From: Minisyncoccota bacterium
Lineage (GTDB): Bacteria > Patescibacteriota > Minisyncoccia > Phycocordibacterales > DATDWN01
Direction of reading: 5' to 3'
Length of the DNA stretch: 64,000 nt
Assembly (NCBI GenBank): GCA_041674105.1
Contig: JBAYWK010000001.1
Location: forward strand, 167,114-231,113
Shown: positions 1 through 9,434 of the stretch, piece by piece
Layout of the letters: each line of letters starts with the position of its first letter
Position numbering within the stretch: the stretch's first letter is position 1
The notes under the pieces: model-generated
What the model was told of the DNA's origin: nothing
The model's database searches: none
The model's input: the letters and a program-made list of their open reading frames with translations, nothing else
Translations under genes and position numbers: made by a program

Positions 1-426
1 ACCCTTTCCTATTATTATATCCAGAGATCCTGATTCCATAGCAGGGTACAAAACTTCCTCAATTGTTTTATTTAGCCTATGTATTTCATCTATAAACAAT
101 ATATCTCCAGAAGAAAGGTTTGTTAGTATAGAAGCAAGATCACCAACTTTTTCTATAGCAGGACCAGATGTCACTTTCATTTGAGCCCCCATTTCTTTTG
201 CTATAAGATGTGCCAAAGTAGTCTTACCAAGTCCTGGTGGTCCGTAAAAGAGTATGTGCTCAGGAGGGTGATTTCTCTCTTTGGCTGCTGTCAGTAGTAT
301 GTGTAAGTTATTTTTTATTGGTTTTTGTCCTATATAATCGTCCCACCTAGAAGGACGCAGTGTTGTATCTAAAAATAATGCGTCTGATTCCTCTATGTTA
401 TTAGCCTTTTTTAGGTTACTTGACAT
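1..426 (-). CDS. ruvB: Holliday junction branch migration helicase RuvB (5' part, runs off window edge)
   Basis: Manual translation from ATG at 426: ...[12 protein letters not shown]...[16 protein letters not shown]...TSGPAIEK...LFIDEIHRL; not in the ORF track because truncated. Confidence 0.96.
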   Translation of the reverse strand, partial: MSSNLKKANNIEESDALFLDTTLRPSRWDDYIGQKPIKNNLHILLTAAKERNHPPEHILFYGPPGLGKTTLAHLIAKEMGAQMKVTSGPAIEKVGDLASILTNLSSGDILFIDEIHRLNKTIEEVLYPAMESGSLDIIIGKG

Positions 427-492
427 AAAAAGTTTTTTATGCTAGACTTCCAATGAAGTTGAAAAAAGTGAGTTTTGGTATTATCATAAAGC

Positions 493-694
493 TCCAAAAT
501 ATAAATCTCTAAGCAACTAAGCTTTTAGCTTAAGAGTGTCTCTACGAGGACATTCTGGTTATTACTTTGTGTAATTAGCTGGAATTATCCTTTGTGAAAT
601 ACTTAGCTTTTGGTATTGAGTATTGAAAGTGTTGCTTAGAGATTTATGTTTTGGAACAAATCTCTCATATCATATGGTATGAGAGATTTTTGTT
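493..694 (+). ncRNA. Candidate structured ncRNA (long closing stem, four internal hairpins, terminator)
   Basis: 25-bp inverted repeat 493-517/631-655 enclosing four hairpins; mismatches read as G-U on + strand; TTGAAA-17-TATCAT promoter at 459-487; hairpin plus T-tract at 656-694. Confidence 0.5.
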
Positions 695-785
695 CTCTCA
701 TATGTATTATTATTCACAACAAATAATGTTTCGCAAGACTTTTTTACATTACAACCTTAAAAATTTTATATGGCAATATATATTT

Positions 786-2459
786 TTAGGATTCTAGATC
801 GACCACTCTTTTTAATTCACTAAGTGTTGTAGTGCCACTCAAAACTTTCAAAATACCATCTTGTTTTATACTTGGAATTCCTTGGTCTTCTGCTGCTTTT
901 CTTATCTCTCTCTCGCTAGGATTTTCTTTGACTGCTTGTTCTATTTTTTCATTCATTAAAATTGCTTCATAAATACCTATTCTTCCTTTGTATCCTGTAA
1001 AATTACATTTTTCACAACCATCACTTTCCCATTTTAAGTTTGCATCCAATCCTTCAAGGTAAGATCTGTCTTTGAAGGTACTCAAAATTGAATCAACAAT
1101 TTCTTTATCTTTCCCTTCTAAAAGGACTTGTTTTTTACAATCAGGACAAAGTTTTCTAATAAGTCTTTGGGCCATAGCCATATTTACAGCTGAAGAAATT
1201 ATTTTTGGGTTAACTCCGAGATCAATTAGTCTTGGAAAAGTTCCAGCGGCATTATTTGTGTGAAGAGTAGAAAAAACAAGGTGACCAGTCAAAGCAGAGT
1301 TTATGGCAATTTCAGCTGTTTCGGAGTCTCTAATTTCACCAACCATTATTACATCAGGGTCTTGTCTTAAGGCACTACGCAAACCTTCACTAAAACCATA
1401 ACCTTTTGAATCATCTGTTTGGGTTTGAACAATACCAGGCAAGTGGTACTCAATAGGATTTTCTATTGTAATTATTTTAACCTCTTTTGTATGAACTTTT
1501 TTTAGGAAAGCATAAAGAGTGGTAGTTTTTCCAGAACCGGTTGGTCCGGTATTTAAAATCATTCCATTTGGTTTGCTGATTTCTCTCATTATGAGAGTTA
1601 GTAATTTTGGGTGAATACCTAAGTTTTCTAATGTGACAGAGATTGAGTTTGGGTTTAGAACTCTCATTACTACAGACTCATTGTAAGCTCCGGGAATAGA
1701 AGAGACTCTGATTTCTATTTCTGCATCATTTATTTTTATACTAAATCTACCGTCCTGAGCGCCTTTTACATTTAATTTAAGATTTGAAATAAGTTTTATA
1801 CGAGACAAAAGAAGTCTAAAGGTATTTAGATCAAATTCTACAATGTCAGTTAGTATTCCATCTAGTCTGTACCTTAGTCTGACATAGTTTTCCTCTGGTT
1901 CTAGGTGGATATCTGAAGCTTTTATGGATATGGCTCCAGCTAAAATTATTTCAAGTATACGAGAAATCCTGTAGCTTTTTTTCATATGCAAAATTTCACC
2001 AATCAAGTTTTGAACATCAGCAATACTCTGAACTTTTGAAAGGAATTCAGTTATTTGTTCATTGGAAATGTCTAAAGCACCTGACTTCGTCTCAAAAGAA
2101 TAAGATAGGTCTTTGTATCTATCCCAAACTTTATTTAGACTTGTACGAGAAACCATATATATCTCAAGAGAGTAACCTTTTTCTTTTAGGTTGTTTAGAA
2201 TCTCTACTGTTTTTGTGTTATTGGGAGACAATACTCCAATACTTACAATTTTGTTTACTTCATTAAAGACCGCCAGTTGTCCTTCGCGAGCTTCTATTTC
2301 TGAAATGATACGAAGAGAGTCAATGTTTACAGGAGTGACGGTGAGATCTAGGTAGGATACTCCGTATTTACTAGACAAGATTTGAGCTAGATCCTCCTCC
2401 TCTTTTTTACGAAGATCTTCAAGTCTTCTGTTTTGTTTGTCTTCATCAAAAATAACCAT
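786..2459 (-). CDS. pilB: Type IV pilus/T2SS assembly ATPase (PilB/GspE family)
   Basis: ASDIHLEP, Walker A GPTGSGKTT, LRQDPDVIMVGEIRD, TGHLVFSTLHTN, CxxC zinc motifs. Confidence 0.93.
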   Translation of the reverse strand: MVIFDEDKQNRRLEDLRKKEEEDLAQILSSKYGVSYLDLTVTPVNIDSLRIISEIEAREGQLAVFNEVNKIVSIGVLSPNNTKTVEILNNLKEKGYSLEIYMVSRTSLNKVWDRYKDLSYSFETKSGALDISNEQITEFLSKVQSIADVQNLIGEILHMKKSYRISRILEIILAGAISIKASDIHLEPEENYVRLRYRLDGILTDIVEFDLNTFRLLLSRIKLISNLKLNVKGAQDGRFSIKINDAEIEIRVSSIPGAYNESVVMRVLNPNSISVTLENLGIHPKLLTLIMREISKPNGMILNTGPTGSGKTTTLYAFLKKVHTKEVKIITIENPIEYHLPGIVQTQTDDSKGYGFSEGLRSALRQDPDVIMVGEIRDSETAEIAINSALTGHLVFSTLHTNNAAGTFPRLIDLGVNPKIISSAVNMAMAQRLIRKLCPDCKKQVLLEGKDKEIVDSILSTFKDRSYLEGLDANLKWESDGCEKCNFTGYKGRIGIYEAILMNEKIEQAVKENPSEREIRKAAEDQGIPSIKQDGILKVLSGTTTLSELKRVVDLES

Positions 2460-2541
2460 AAAAATATTGTAACATATGAAACTGATTAATAACTGTGAAA
2501 AAATGGGGGATTTCCAACAAAAACCTTTGCTATTTTACCTA

Positions 2542-2582
2542 TTGACAAAATGACACCAAGTATGATATAATATGGGTAGGAG
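2542..2582 (+). promoter_or_regulatory. Sigma70-type promoter and Shine-Dalgarno
   Basis: TTGACA (2542) ... TATGAT/TATAAT (2561-2571), AGGAGG upstream of ATG 2590. Confidence 0.6.
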
Positions 2583-2589
2583 GTGCAAG

Positions 2590-3375
2590 ATGCGCCAAGT
2601 TAATAGTTTTTTGATTTTGGTGCTCTTTTTGAGCACCACCATGATTTTTACAGTTTCGGCTCAGGAGAGCCGGGTTGGGGGCTGGAAGACTGTTCCAGCC
2701 AAGGCCGAGCCGTCTGAGCCGGCGGCAGAAGGTGCCGGGGAAACTCCTCAAGAGGGAGAAAAGTCAGAGGCTAAAAATGCTTCTGAGGCTGGAGTCTCCC
2801 CAGATCCTCTTTCCGAGCTGAAGGCTCATATCTCTGCCAGAGCTGAAGCTTTGGCAGAATTAGAAAAAAGAGAAAAAAATATCGATGAGCTTGAAAAATC
2901 TCTCACTCCTCTTGAGAGGAAAGCCTTCAGACAACTCAAAGAGGAAGCAGAAGCGAGGCGAAAAAGAGAGCTCAGAGACATGAGAGCTCGGATTGAGTCA
3001 AACCTTTCTGGGTGTGAAAAACCAGAAGAGGTCTGGGTCAATGATGACTTCGTTGCGGTTAGGACTTGGCGTGTAAACGCCAAGATTCTGATTCGCAACA
3101 CTAGTGGGGTTACCATTGATGAAATCGTCATCGGTGGGATACCAGCGGTCAAAAATCTGTGCCCCGGTGGGGCGCTTACCCTGACCAGGAAGCTCAATAC
3201 CTGGCAGGATGGTAATTCGCCGAGAATAATCTTCTCGGCCCAAGGAACTTTGGAGGATGGCACCGTCGCCACCTCCGAGAAACGGGTTTATCTTAGTGTT
3301 TGGCAGGCAGAGCAAGAGTTGTCCAAACAGGAGACTTGGGACATCTGTCTGCGCGGGAGCAGATGTCGTAACTAG
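2590..3375 (+). CDS. Hypothetical secreted protein with coiled-coil segment
   Basis: Signal peptide ending VSA-Q; GC-richer than flanks; SD AGGAGG; followed by hairpin terminator. Confidence 0.75.
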   Translation: MRQVNSFLILVLFLSTTMIFTVSAQESRVGGWKTVPAKAEPSEPAAEGAGETPQEGEKSEAKNASEAGVSPDPLSELKAHISARAEALAELEKREKNIDELEKSLTPLERKAFRQLKEEAEARRKRELRDMRARIESNLSGCEKPEEVWVNDDFVAVRTWRVNAKILIRNTSGVTIDEIVIGGIPAVKNLCPGGALTLTRKLNTWQDGNSPRIIFSAQGTLEDGTVATSEKRVYLSVWQAEQELSKQETWDICLRGSRCRN

Positions 3376-3402
3376 TTTTTTTGTTCGCCCTCGCAAGGCA
3401 AG

Positions 3403-3435
3403 CCCCGATGCATTTTAGCATCGGGGCATTTTTTT
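3403..3435 (+). terminator. Intrinsic terminator
   Basis: GCCCCGATGC-ATTTTA-GCATCGGGGC followed by T-tract. Confidence 0.75.
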
Positions 3436-3452
3436 GTGTTAAAATGCTTTTT

Positions 3453-3887
3453 ATGAAATATAAAACAGGAAGCCTTGATGAAACTCAAAGTGTTGCATTG
3501 GATTTTATTTCTAAAATAAAAAAAACAGAAAATGATGCCACAGTTGTTGGTTTATATGGAGATCTTGGGGCAGGTAAAACTTCTTTTACTCAAGGTTTGG
3601 CCAAGTATTTAGGTATAAAAGAAAATGTTGTTAGCCCTACTTTTGTTATAGAAAAAATATATCATTTGGAAAATAATATTTTTAAACACCTTATACACAT
3701 AGATGCTTATAGAATAGAAAAGTCACAGGAGCTTTTAAGTTTAGGTTTTAAAAAAATAATATCTGACCCCGAAAATCTAATAGTCATTGAGTGGCCTGAA
3801 AGGATTTCTGACATAATGCCAGAACATATTCGTATAGATTTGAGACATATTTCTGAAAATAATAGAGAAATAGAAATCTCAAAATAG
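3453..3887 (+). CDS. tsaE: tRNA threonylcarbamoyladenosine biosynthesis ATPase TsaE
   Basis: GDLGAGKT, VVSPTF, HIDAYR, IEWPE motifs; start moved to ATG 3453. Confidence 0.93.
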   Translation: MKYKTGSLDETQSVALDFISKIKKTENDATVVGLYGDLGAGKTSFTQGLAKYLGIKENVVSPTFVIEKIYHLENNIFKHLIHIDAYRIEKSQELLSLGFKKIISDPENLIVIEWPERISDIMPEHIRIDLRHISENNREIEISK

Positions 3888-3943
3888 GTGTTATAATGTA
3901 TATGTTTCCTGTAATTTTCTTAAAAATAGAGAAATTCCTTTTT

Positions 3944-6292
3944 ATGTCAAAAGAAAAAAATAAAAAAGTAGCCTTACTTGATGTTCACGCTATACTTCAC
4001 CGAGCTTATCACGCTTTACCTGACTTTGTTTCTAGTAAAGGTGAGCCAACAGGAGCTTTGTATGGTCTTTGCACATTTCTCATTAAGCTCATAAAAGATG
4101 TAAACCCAGATTATATTTTGGCTTGTTTTGATTTACCTGAACTTACAGAAAGACACGAGCTCTACAAAGAATACAAAGCTGGGAGAAAGAAAACTGACGA
4201 CGAGTTAATATTTCAACTTGAAAAATCCAAAGATGTTTTTACTGCTTTCAGTATCCCAATGTTTTCTTCCAAAGGTTTTGAAGCAGATGATATGCTTGGA
4301 ACAATTGTTGAACAATTGAAAGATAAAAATTACGACATAATAATTGCTTCTGGAGACATGGACACTATGCAACTTGTTTCTGGAAAAAAAGTTCAGGTTT
4401 ATACTTTGAAAAAAGGAATCAAAGATACAATTTTATACGATGAAGATGCTGTTTTTGAAAGATTTAGTTTTGACCCAAAATTTTTACCAGATTTCAAGGG
4501 TCTTAGAGGGGATCCATCGGACAATATAATCGGTATTGCTGGGATAGGAGAGAAAATAGCCACAGAACTTATTGTAAAATTTGGAAGTTTGGAAGATATC
4601 TATAAAAAATTAAAAAAGGACGAAGATAGTTTATTGAAAGCTGGTATCAAGAAAAGGGTGATTGAGCTTTTAAAAGATAACGAAGAGGAGGCTATGTTTT
4701 CTAAAATGCTAGCCACAATAAGGAGAGACGCTCCAATACATGTTTCTTTAAAAGAAAATGTTTGGAAAGAAGATGTTTCTATGAGCAAAGTTCATGATTT
4801 ATTTAGAGATTTAGAGTTTAGGACGCTGGGGGCAAAGTTTGCTGATTCTTTATCTATTCCTGTGGCTCAAAACACCGGTAAAGAAGAAAAACCAGAAGAT
4901 ATATACGAGGCAAGTCTTCTTTTGTGGGTAGTAGATTCAACTAAATCCAGTCCTAGTTTAGATGAAATTTTGTCTTTTACACACAGTCATACTTTGGGTG
5001 AAGCAAAAAAGGTTTTAGAAAAAATGATAAAAGACCAAAAACTTAGTTTTATTTTAGATGAGATAGAAAAACCTCTGATACCTATAATTAAAAAAATGAA
5101 AGAGGTTGGTATAAAAATAGACACAAAAAGACTAAAAGAATTGTCCAAAGAATATCATAAAAAATTAAACTCATTAGAAAAAGATATATGGAAAATAGCC
5201 GGAGAAGAATTTAATATAAATTCACCAAAACAGCTTGGAGAAATTTTGTTTGTTAAACTTGGCTTGAAAATAAAAAATCAAAAAAAGACTGCTGGAGGAG
5301 GTTTTTCTACTAAAGAATCTGAGCTGGAAAAATTAAAAAATGAATACAAAATCGCAAAATATATTTTGGAGTACAGAGAGTTGGCTAAGCTTTTAGGTAC
5401 TTATATAGACACTATTCCAACCCAAACAGATGAAAAAGACAGGCTTCATGCTGACTTTTTGCAAATGGGAGCTAGCACAGGGAGAATGGCTTCAGCAAAT
5501 CCAAATCTACAAAATATTCCAAATAAAACAGATCTTGGTAGGGAAATAAGAAAATCTTTTATAACAGAAAAAGGGTGGAAGCTTGTTTCTTTTGATTATT
5601 CTCAAATAGAGTTGCGTATTGCAGCTTTTCTTTCTGGTGATAAGAAACTAATAGAGATTTTTAATAATAAAGAAGATATCCATACTTCTGTAGCCAGTGA
5701 AGTTTTTGGTGTACCAAAAAATGAAGTAACAAAAGAAATGAGAGGGCACGCTAAAGTTATAAACTTTGGTGTTATGTATGGTATGGGTGTTTTAGCTTTG
5801 AAACAAAACCTCGGGACTTCTAAGGAGGAAGCTCAAGAATTTTTAGATGGTTATTTCAATAAATTTTCTGGCCTAGCAGAGTATTTGGAAAATGTTAAAA
5901 GAGAAACGGCTCAAAAAGGTTTTACTGAAACTTTCTTTGGTAGAAGAAGATATTTTCCAGACATTAGGTCCAAGCTTCCTTTTATGAGAGCTTCGGCCGA
6001 GAGAATGGCCATAAATGCTCCTATACAGGGCACAGAGGCTGATATTATAAAACTAGCTATGGTTAAGATAGAAGAGTTTTTAAAGACAAAAGGGCTGAGG
6101 GATGATGTTAAATTATTGCTTCAAGTCCATGATGAGCTTGTTTATGAAATAAAAGAAAACATAGTAGATTCTGTGGCTTTTGAAATAAAATCTATAATGG
6201 AAAGTGTTTTAGATTCTAAAAAAACAAGCGGGGTTATTTGTGTGGCCAACGCCTCTTTCGGAGATAATTGGGTAGAGATGAAAGAAATATGA
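3944..6292 (+). CDS. polA: DNA polymerase I (5'-3' exonuclease and polymerase domains; shortened middle region)
   Basis: EADD, GDPSDNI, TGRMASANPNLQNIP, DYSQIELR, KVINFGVMYG, QVHDEL. Confidence 0.96.
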   Translation: MSKEKNKKVALLDVHAILHRAYHALPDFVSSKGEPTGALYGLCTFLIKLIKDVNPDYILACFDLPELTERHELYKEYKAGRKKTDDELIFQLEKSKDVFTAFSIPMFSSKGFEADDMLGTIVEQLKDKNYDIIIASGDMDTMQLVSGKKVQVYTLKKGIKDTILYDEDAVFERFSFDPKFLPDFKGLRGDPSDNIIGIAGIGEKIATELIVKFGSLEDIYKKLKKDEDSLLKAGIKKRVIELLKDNEEEAMFSKMLATIRRDAPIHVSLKENVWKEDVSMSKVHDLFRDLEFRTLGAKFADSLSIPVAQNTGKEEKPEDIYEASLLLWVVDSTKSSPSLDEILSFTHSHTLGEAKKVLEKMIKDQKLSFILDEIEKPLIPIIKKMKEVGIKIDTKRLKELSKEYHKKLNSLEKDIWKIAGEEFNINSPKQLGEILFVKLGLKIKNQKKTAGGGFSTKESELEKLKNEYKIAKYILEYRELAKLLGTYIDTIPTQTDEKDRLHADFLQMGASTGRMASANPNLQNIPNKTDLGREIRKSFITEKGWKLVSFDYSQIELRIAAFLSGDKKLIEIFNNKEDIHTSVASEVFGVPKNEVTKEMRGHAKVINFGVMYGMGVLALKQNLGTSKEEAQEFLDGYFNKFSGLAEYLENVKRETAQKGFTETFFGRRRYFPDIRSKLPFMRASAERMAINAPIQGTEADIIKLAMVKIEEFLKTKGLRDDVKLLLQVHDELVYEIKENIVDSVAFEIKSIMESVLDSKKTSGVICVANASFGDNWVEMKEI

Positions 6293-7011
6293 TTTATTTT
6301 TTGTATGGAACAGACATTTATACATCCAGAAAAAAAATGCACAGCATATTGGATGTCTTGTGTAAAAAAAGACCCGATTCGGAAATATTTAAAATAAATT
6401 CTGAAAGTTTTAATGAGGAAAGGTTTGATGAGCTTATATATTCACAGGGACTTTTTGATTCTAAATATATTGTTGTTCTGGATAATTTGTTGGAAGAAAA
6501 GAGCATTAAAGAATTTTTGGCAGAGAGATTTGTTGAAATGAAAGATTCTTTAAATGTTTTCGTTTGGCTAGAGAGCAAAGTAGACGCAAAAATTTTAAAA
6601 GAAATAGAAAAAAATTCTGAAAAGACACAGGAATTTACTAAAAGAGAAGACGGATTTGGGAAAAAGAAAGAGTTACCGGTTTTTGATATCACAGATGGTC
6701 TTTTGGAAAAAAATAAAAAAAGATTTTGGGTTTCTTATATAGATCTCATTTCAAAAGGAGCAGGTCCAGAAGAACTTCATGGTATTATTTTTTGGCAGGT
6801 AAAAAATATGGTCTTGGCTTCAAAAGCTGATAGTCAAAAAGATTCTGGTTTGGCACCATATCCTTATAAAAATGCACTGACTGGAAGTAGAAAATACAAA
6901 GAAAATGAGCTTGTTTCTATGATGTCGGATTTGGTTTCTATGACTCATAAAGTGAGGACAGGAGAAGGTGATTTGGATATTATGTTGGAAAAATGGATTT
7001 TGAGGCTATAA
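6289..7011 (+). CDS. holA: DNA polymerase III delta subunit-like protein
   Basis: MIYFLYGTD N-terminus, GLF...VVL, C-terminal LEKWIL; short CPR-type delta overlapping the polA stop. Confidence 0.65.
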   Translation: MIYFLYGTDIYTSRKKMHSILDVLCKKRPDSEIFKINSESFNEERFDELIYSQGLFDSKYIVVLDNLLEEKSIKEFLAERFVEMKDSLNVFVWLESKVDAKILKEIEKNSEKTQEFTKREDGFGKKKELPVFDITDGLLEKNKKRFWVSYIDLISKGAGPEELHGIIFWQVKNMVLASKADSQKDSGLAPYPYKNALTGSRKYKENELVSMMSDLVSMTHKVRTGEGDLDIMLEKWILRL

Positions 7012-7021
7012 AAAAGAGGCC

Positions 7022-7165
7022 CTAAATGGCCTCCTTCGGAACGAAATATTTAGTTAGTCTCTTATTGAGAATTGCCAAGTTAAATAATGTTAGATTTATG
7101 ATTATCATAAACCCCACCACAACGGTGAGGGCAATCATCACCAGAACGAACTTTACACTTTTCAT
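7022..7165 (-). CDS. Small hydrophobic protein (47 aa)
   Basis: MKSVKFVLVMIALTVVVGFMIIINLTLF...; AGGAG SD upstream; manual translation. Confidence 0.45.
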   Translation of the reverse strand: MKSVKFVLVMIALTVVVGFMIIINLTLFNLAILNKRLTKYFVPKEAI

Positions 7166-7188
7166 CAGATCTCCTTTTTCTCCTGCTA

Positions 7189-7323
7189 TTAAATCATATT
7201 TTTAATTAAAAGTAAAGCCAAGGTTAAAAATAATAAAAAAAGCGGGTGGGACAAATGTGTCCCACCCACCGTACAGCAACCATCCTTGCAATGAGCTACT
7301 GCAGGAATCATCCAATGCTTCAT
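7189..7323 (-). CDS. Small Cys/His-rich membrane peptide (44 aa)
   Basis: MKHWMIPAVAHCKDGCC...hydrophobic C-terminus; AAAGGGG SD-like sequence upstream. Confidence 0.4.
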   Translation of the reverse strand: MKHWMIPAVAHCKDGCCTVGGTHLSHPLFLLFLTLALLLIKNMI

Positions 7324-7402
7324 TTTTGTTCCCCTTTCCAAAATCAATATTAACTGAATAAAATTATATGTCAAATCTGATATATTGAGCTATAATATAT
7401 CT

Positions 7403-8527
7403 ATGTTTGAAAAGCCGGATAATTCAAGAAGGTCATTTGCTGGTCCTGAAGGTGAGGAAGATCTAAGAAAATTCTCTTCTCCTAGACCTAAAGAAGAAGT
7501 ACAGGATAATCGGACAGAATACAATGAGCTTTTTGCTGAAGTTCAAAAAAATCTGATAAGTGAGAAAAATTTTAAGCTATTTCTCAGGGCAGTTACAGAA
7601 AAAGAGACTATCGGTTCAAACGATTCTTTGTCTTTTTTACATAATCGTATTGTAGGAGAATGTGTTAATCTTTCTGAACACGATACTGAGCTTATTTTAG
7701 ATCAGTTTAATCGTTCTGTTCAAAAGTGGTTTGTTGATGAATACAGTCACGGCAGGCAAGTTGATCAAAGAGTTCGTGGTAGTATTACTTTGGGTAAATA
7801 TACTCATGGAGAAAAAAACATAGATATTAGAGGGGTTCAAAGTGTTATTTCTTTCCTAAGGGCAAGAGCTTTGCTTTTATCTAGTCAGCCTGCTCAGAAA
7901 CATTCTTTTTATTGGAATGATAAACTAGATGGTAGATACAGTATTGATGTTATAGAGGAAATAGATGGGGAGGACGGCCCAGCCATAAGTCTTGTTCAAA
8001 TAAAATCATCTAAACCGTCTGAAGAAGAAATAGAGCGTATACATGCAAACCACGCAAGATGGGCAAAGAAAGAGTGGCTTAATATTGAGGATTATGATAA
8101 TTCGTATATAGAAGAGGCTACCAAAGAGAAGCTTTTGGATTTTTTAATGGACAAACAAAAGGTAGAAGAAGCTCTTTTAGAGTTTTTGACTAGTCCGTCA
8201 GAACAAGGTTTAGATGATCTTACCTCTTTTCTCAATATGTCTGGTTTGGTTGATAGACAGAGGGCGTGGGTTCTATGGAAATATATAGATCTGATAAAAG
8301 ATTCTTTAGAAGAAGCTGTTTCTCTTGGAGATTTAGATAAAGAAACAAGAGATGAGGTATGGTTCTATTTAAACACTTTGAGAGAAAATCTTATTAATAA
8401 ATTTCATCTACCTAAATCCCAAACAGTAGTTAAAAATATAAAATCTATTGTATGTGTTGGCGCGAGGTCAGTTTCTGAGAGGGAAATAGAGACAGGGGCA
8501 AAGGGCAAAGTTTTAAATAGTAAATAA
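7403..8527 (+). CDS. Hypothetical protein, possible PD-(D/E)xK-like motif
   Basis: Long ORF; TATAAT 6 nt before ATG 7403; IDVIE...LVQIKS. Confidence 0.7.
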   Translation: MFEKPDNSRRSFAGPEGEEDLRKFSSPRPKEEVQDNRTEYNELFAEVQKNLISEKNFKLFLRAVTEKETIGSNDSLSFLHNRIVGECVNLSEHDTELILDQFNRSVQKWFVDEYSHGRQVDQRVRGSITLGKYTHGEKNIDIRGVQSVISFLRARALLLSSQPAQKHSFYWNDKLDGRYSIDVIEEIDGEDGPAISLVQIKSSKPSEEEIERIHANHARWAKKEWLNIEDYDNSYIEEATKEKLLDFLMDKQKVEEALLEFLTSPSEQGLDDLTSFLNMSGLVDRQRAWVLWKYIDLIKDSLEEAVSLGDLDKETRDEVWFYLNTLRENLINKFHLPKSQTVVKNIKSIVCVGARSVSEREIETGAKGKVLNSK

Positions 8528-8574
8528 TCTTGATATTTGACAAATAATTAATAATATTATATTATATAAAAGGA

Positions 8575-8703
8575 ATGAATAAAAAAATTAAAGTTAAGGA
8601 TCGGACCATACCTGTCGATCCAAAAAAAATAGCTGAGGAGATGAGGAGAAAAGCCAAAGAGCTTGTCTCTAAACTTCCAGGAAAAAACAAACGTCCGGCA
8701 TAG
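8575..8703 (+). CDS. Small basic hypothetical protein (42 aa)
   Basis: MNKKIKVKDRTIPVDPKKIAEEMRRKAKELVSKLPGKNKRPA; TTGACA..TATTAT promoter and AAGGA upstream. Confidence 0.45.
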   Translation: MNKKIKVKDRTIPVDPKKIAEEMRRKAKELVSKLPGKNKRPA

Positions 8704-8812
8704 TCAAAATGACTGTGCTGGACGTTTCAAGAATCGCTCCGTCGTTCGATTCCTGCTCGCAAAGCAGTGCTTTGCTCGGGCACACAAAAATCCGCTTACG
8801 CGGATATTTTTG
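8675..8812 (-). repeat. tRNA-3'-associated element (tRNA-Lys copy)
   Basis: Hairpin, then inverted copy of tRNA 3' end split by the insert AG-CAAAGCACTGCTTTG-CGA, then hairpin AAACGTCC...GGACGTTT. Confidence 0.7.
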
Positions 8813-8885
8813 TGCGCCCGGCAGGAATCGAACCTGCGACCATCTCCTTAAAAGGGAGCTGCTCTACCGACTGAGCTACGGGCGC
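8813..8885 (-). tRNA. tRNA-Lys(UUU)
   Basis: Cloverleaf GCGCCCG...CGGGCGC-A, anticodon loop CT-TTT-AA, T-loop GGTTCGATTCC; no encoded CCA. Confidence 0.95.
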
Positions 8886-9035
8886 ATATGCTTGAGTAAT
8901 CAAACGATAAAAACAGTTGAAGCGGGGTCGTGGAAATTTTCGAGCGACAGCTGGAAAACTATCCCTGACCAAAATTACTACAAAATATTAACTCTTAGAA
9001 ATATACCAAATAAACTTAAAAAGTCCAACAACTTT

Positions 9036-9380
9036 TTAAAGAGGTAAGTCAAAAGCTAAAAATCCTGGACCTGTAAAAACAAGAGAAAGGAGAATTATTA
9101 TAACCACTATATGCATACCCATATCTGGTTTTTTGTCTGAATATTTTCTATCTAAATAGTAGTTTAACTTTGCCAGAGCAATTCCAAGGAGAGCAAATAT
9201 TTGTGTAAAAAGTCCGATAAATATAAAAAAACTAAATACTATATACAAAATAGAAAGCCATTTTAATGACTTGTTGTATCTTTTTATACCGTATTTTAAT
9301 CCTATAAGAGCAACGGTTATTCTAAGCAAAAAAGGCGAAATCAATCCAAATGATAATAAGAAAGGAAAAAGTGAAAGCAT
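9036..9380 (-). CDS. Small DoxX-like membrane protein
   Basis: Hydrophobic; LLRI, GLFTQ, GPGFLAFD motifs typical of DoxX. Confidence 0.6.
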   Translation of the reverse strand: MLSLFPFLLSFGLISPFLLRITVALIGLKYGIKRYNKSLKWLSILYIVFSFFIFIGLFTQIFALLGIALAKLNYYLDRKYSDKKPDMGMHIVVIIILLSLVFTGPGFLAFDLPL

Positions 9381-9434
9381 AGACTCTATTTTAGAAGTTT
9401 TTTTCTATATATGCAATATGGTATAGTCATTTCT

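Noticed and set aside
2826-3396. Antisense ORFs of 148 and 132 aa, and the many short antisense ORFs inside housekeeping genes
   Set aside because: They are opposite-strand shadows of better-supported genes and have no motifs.
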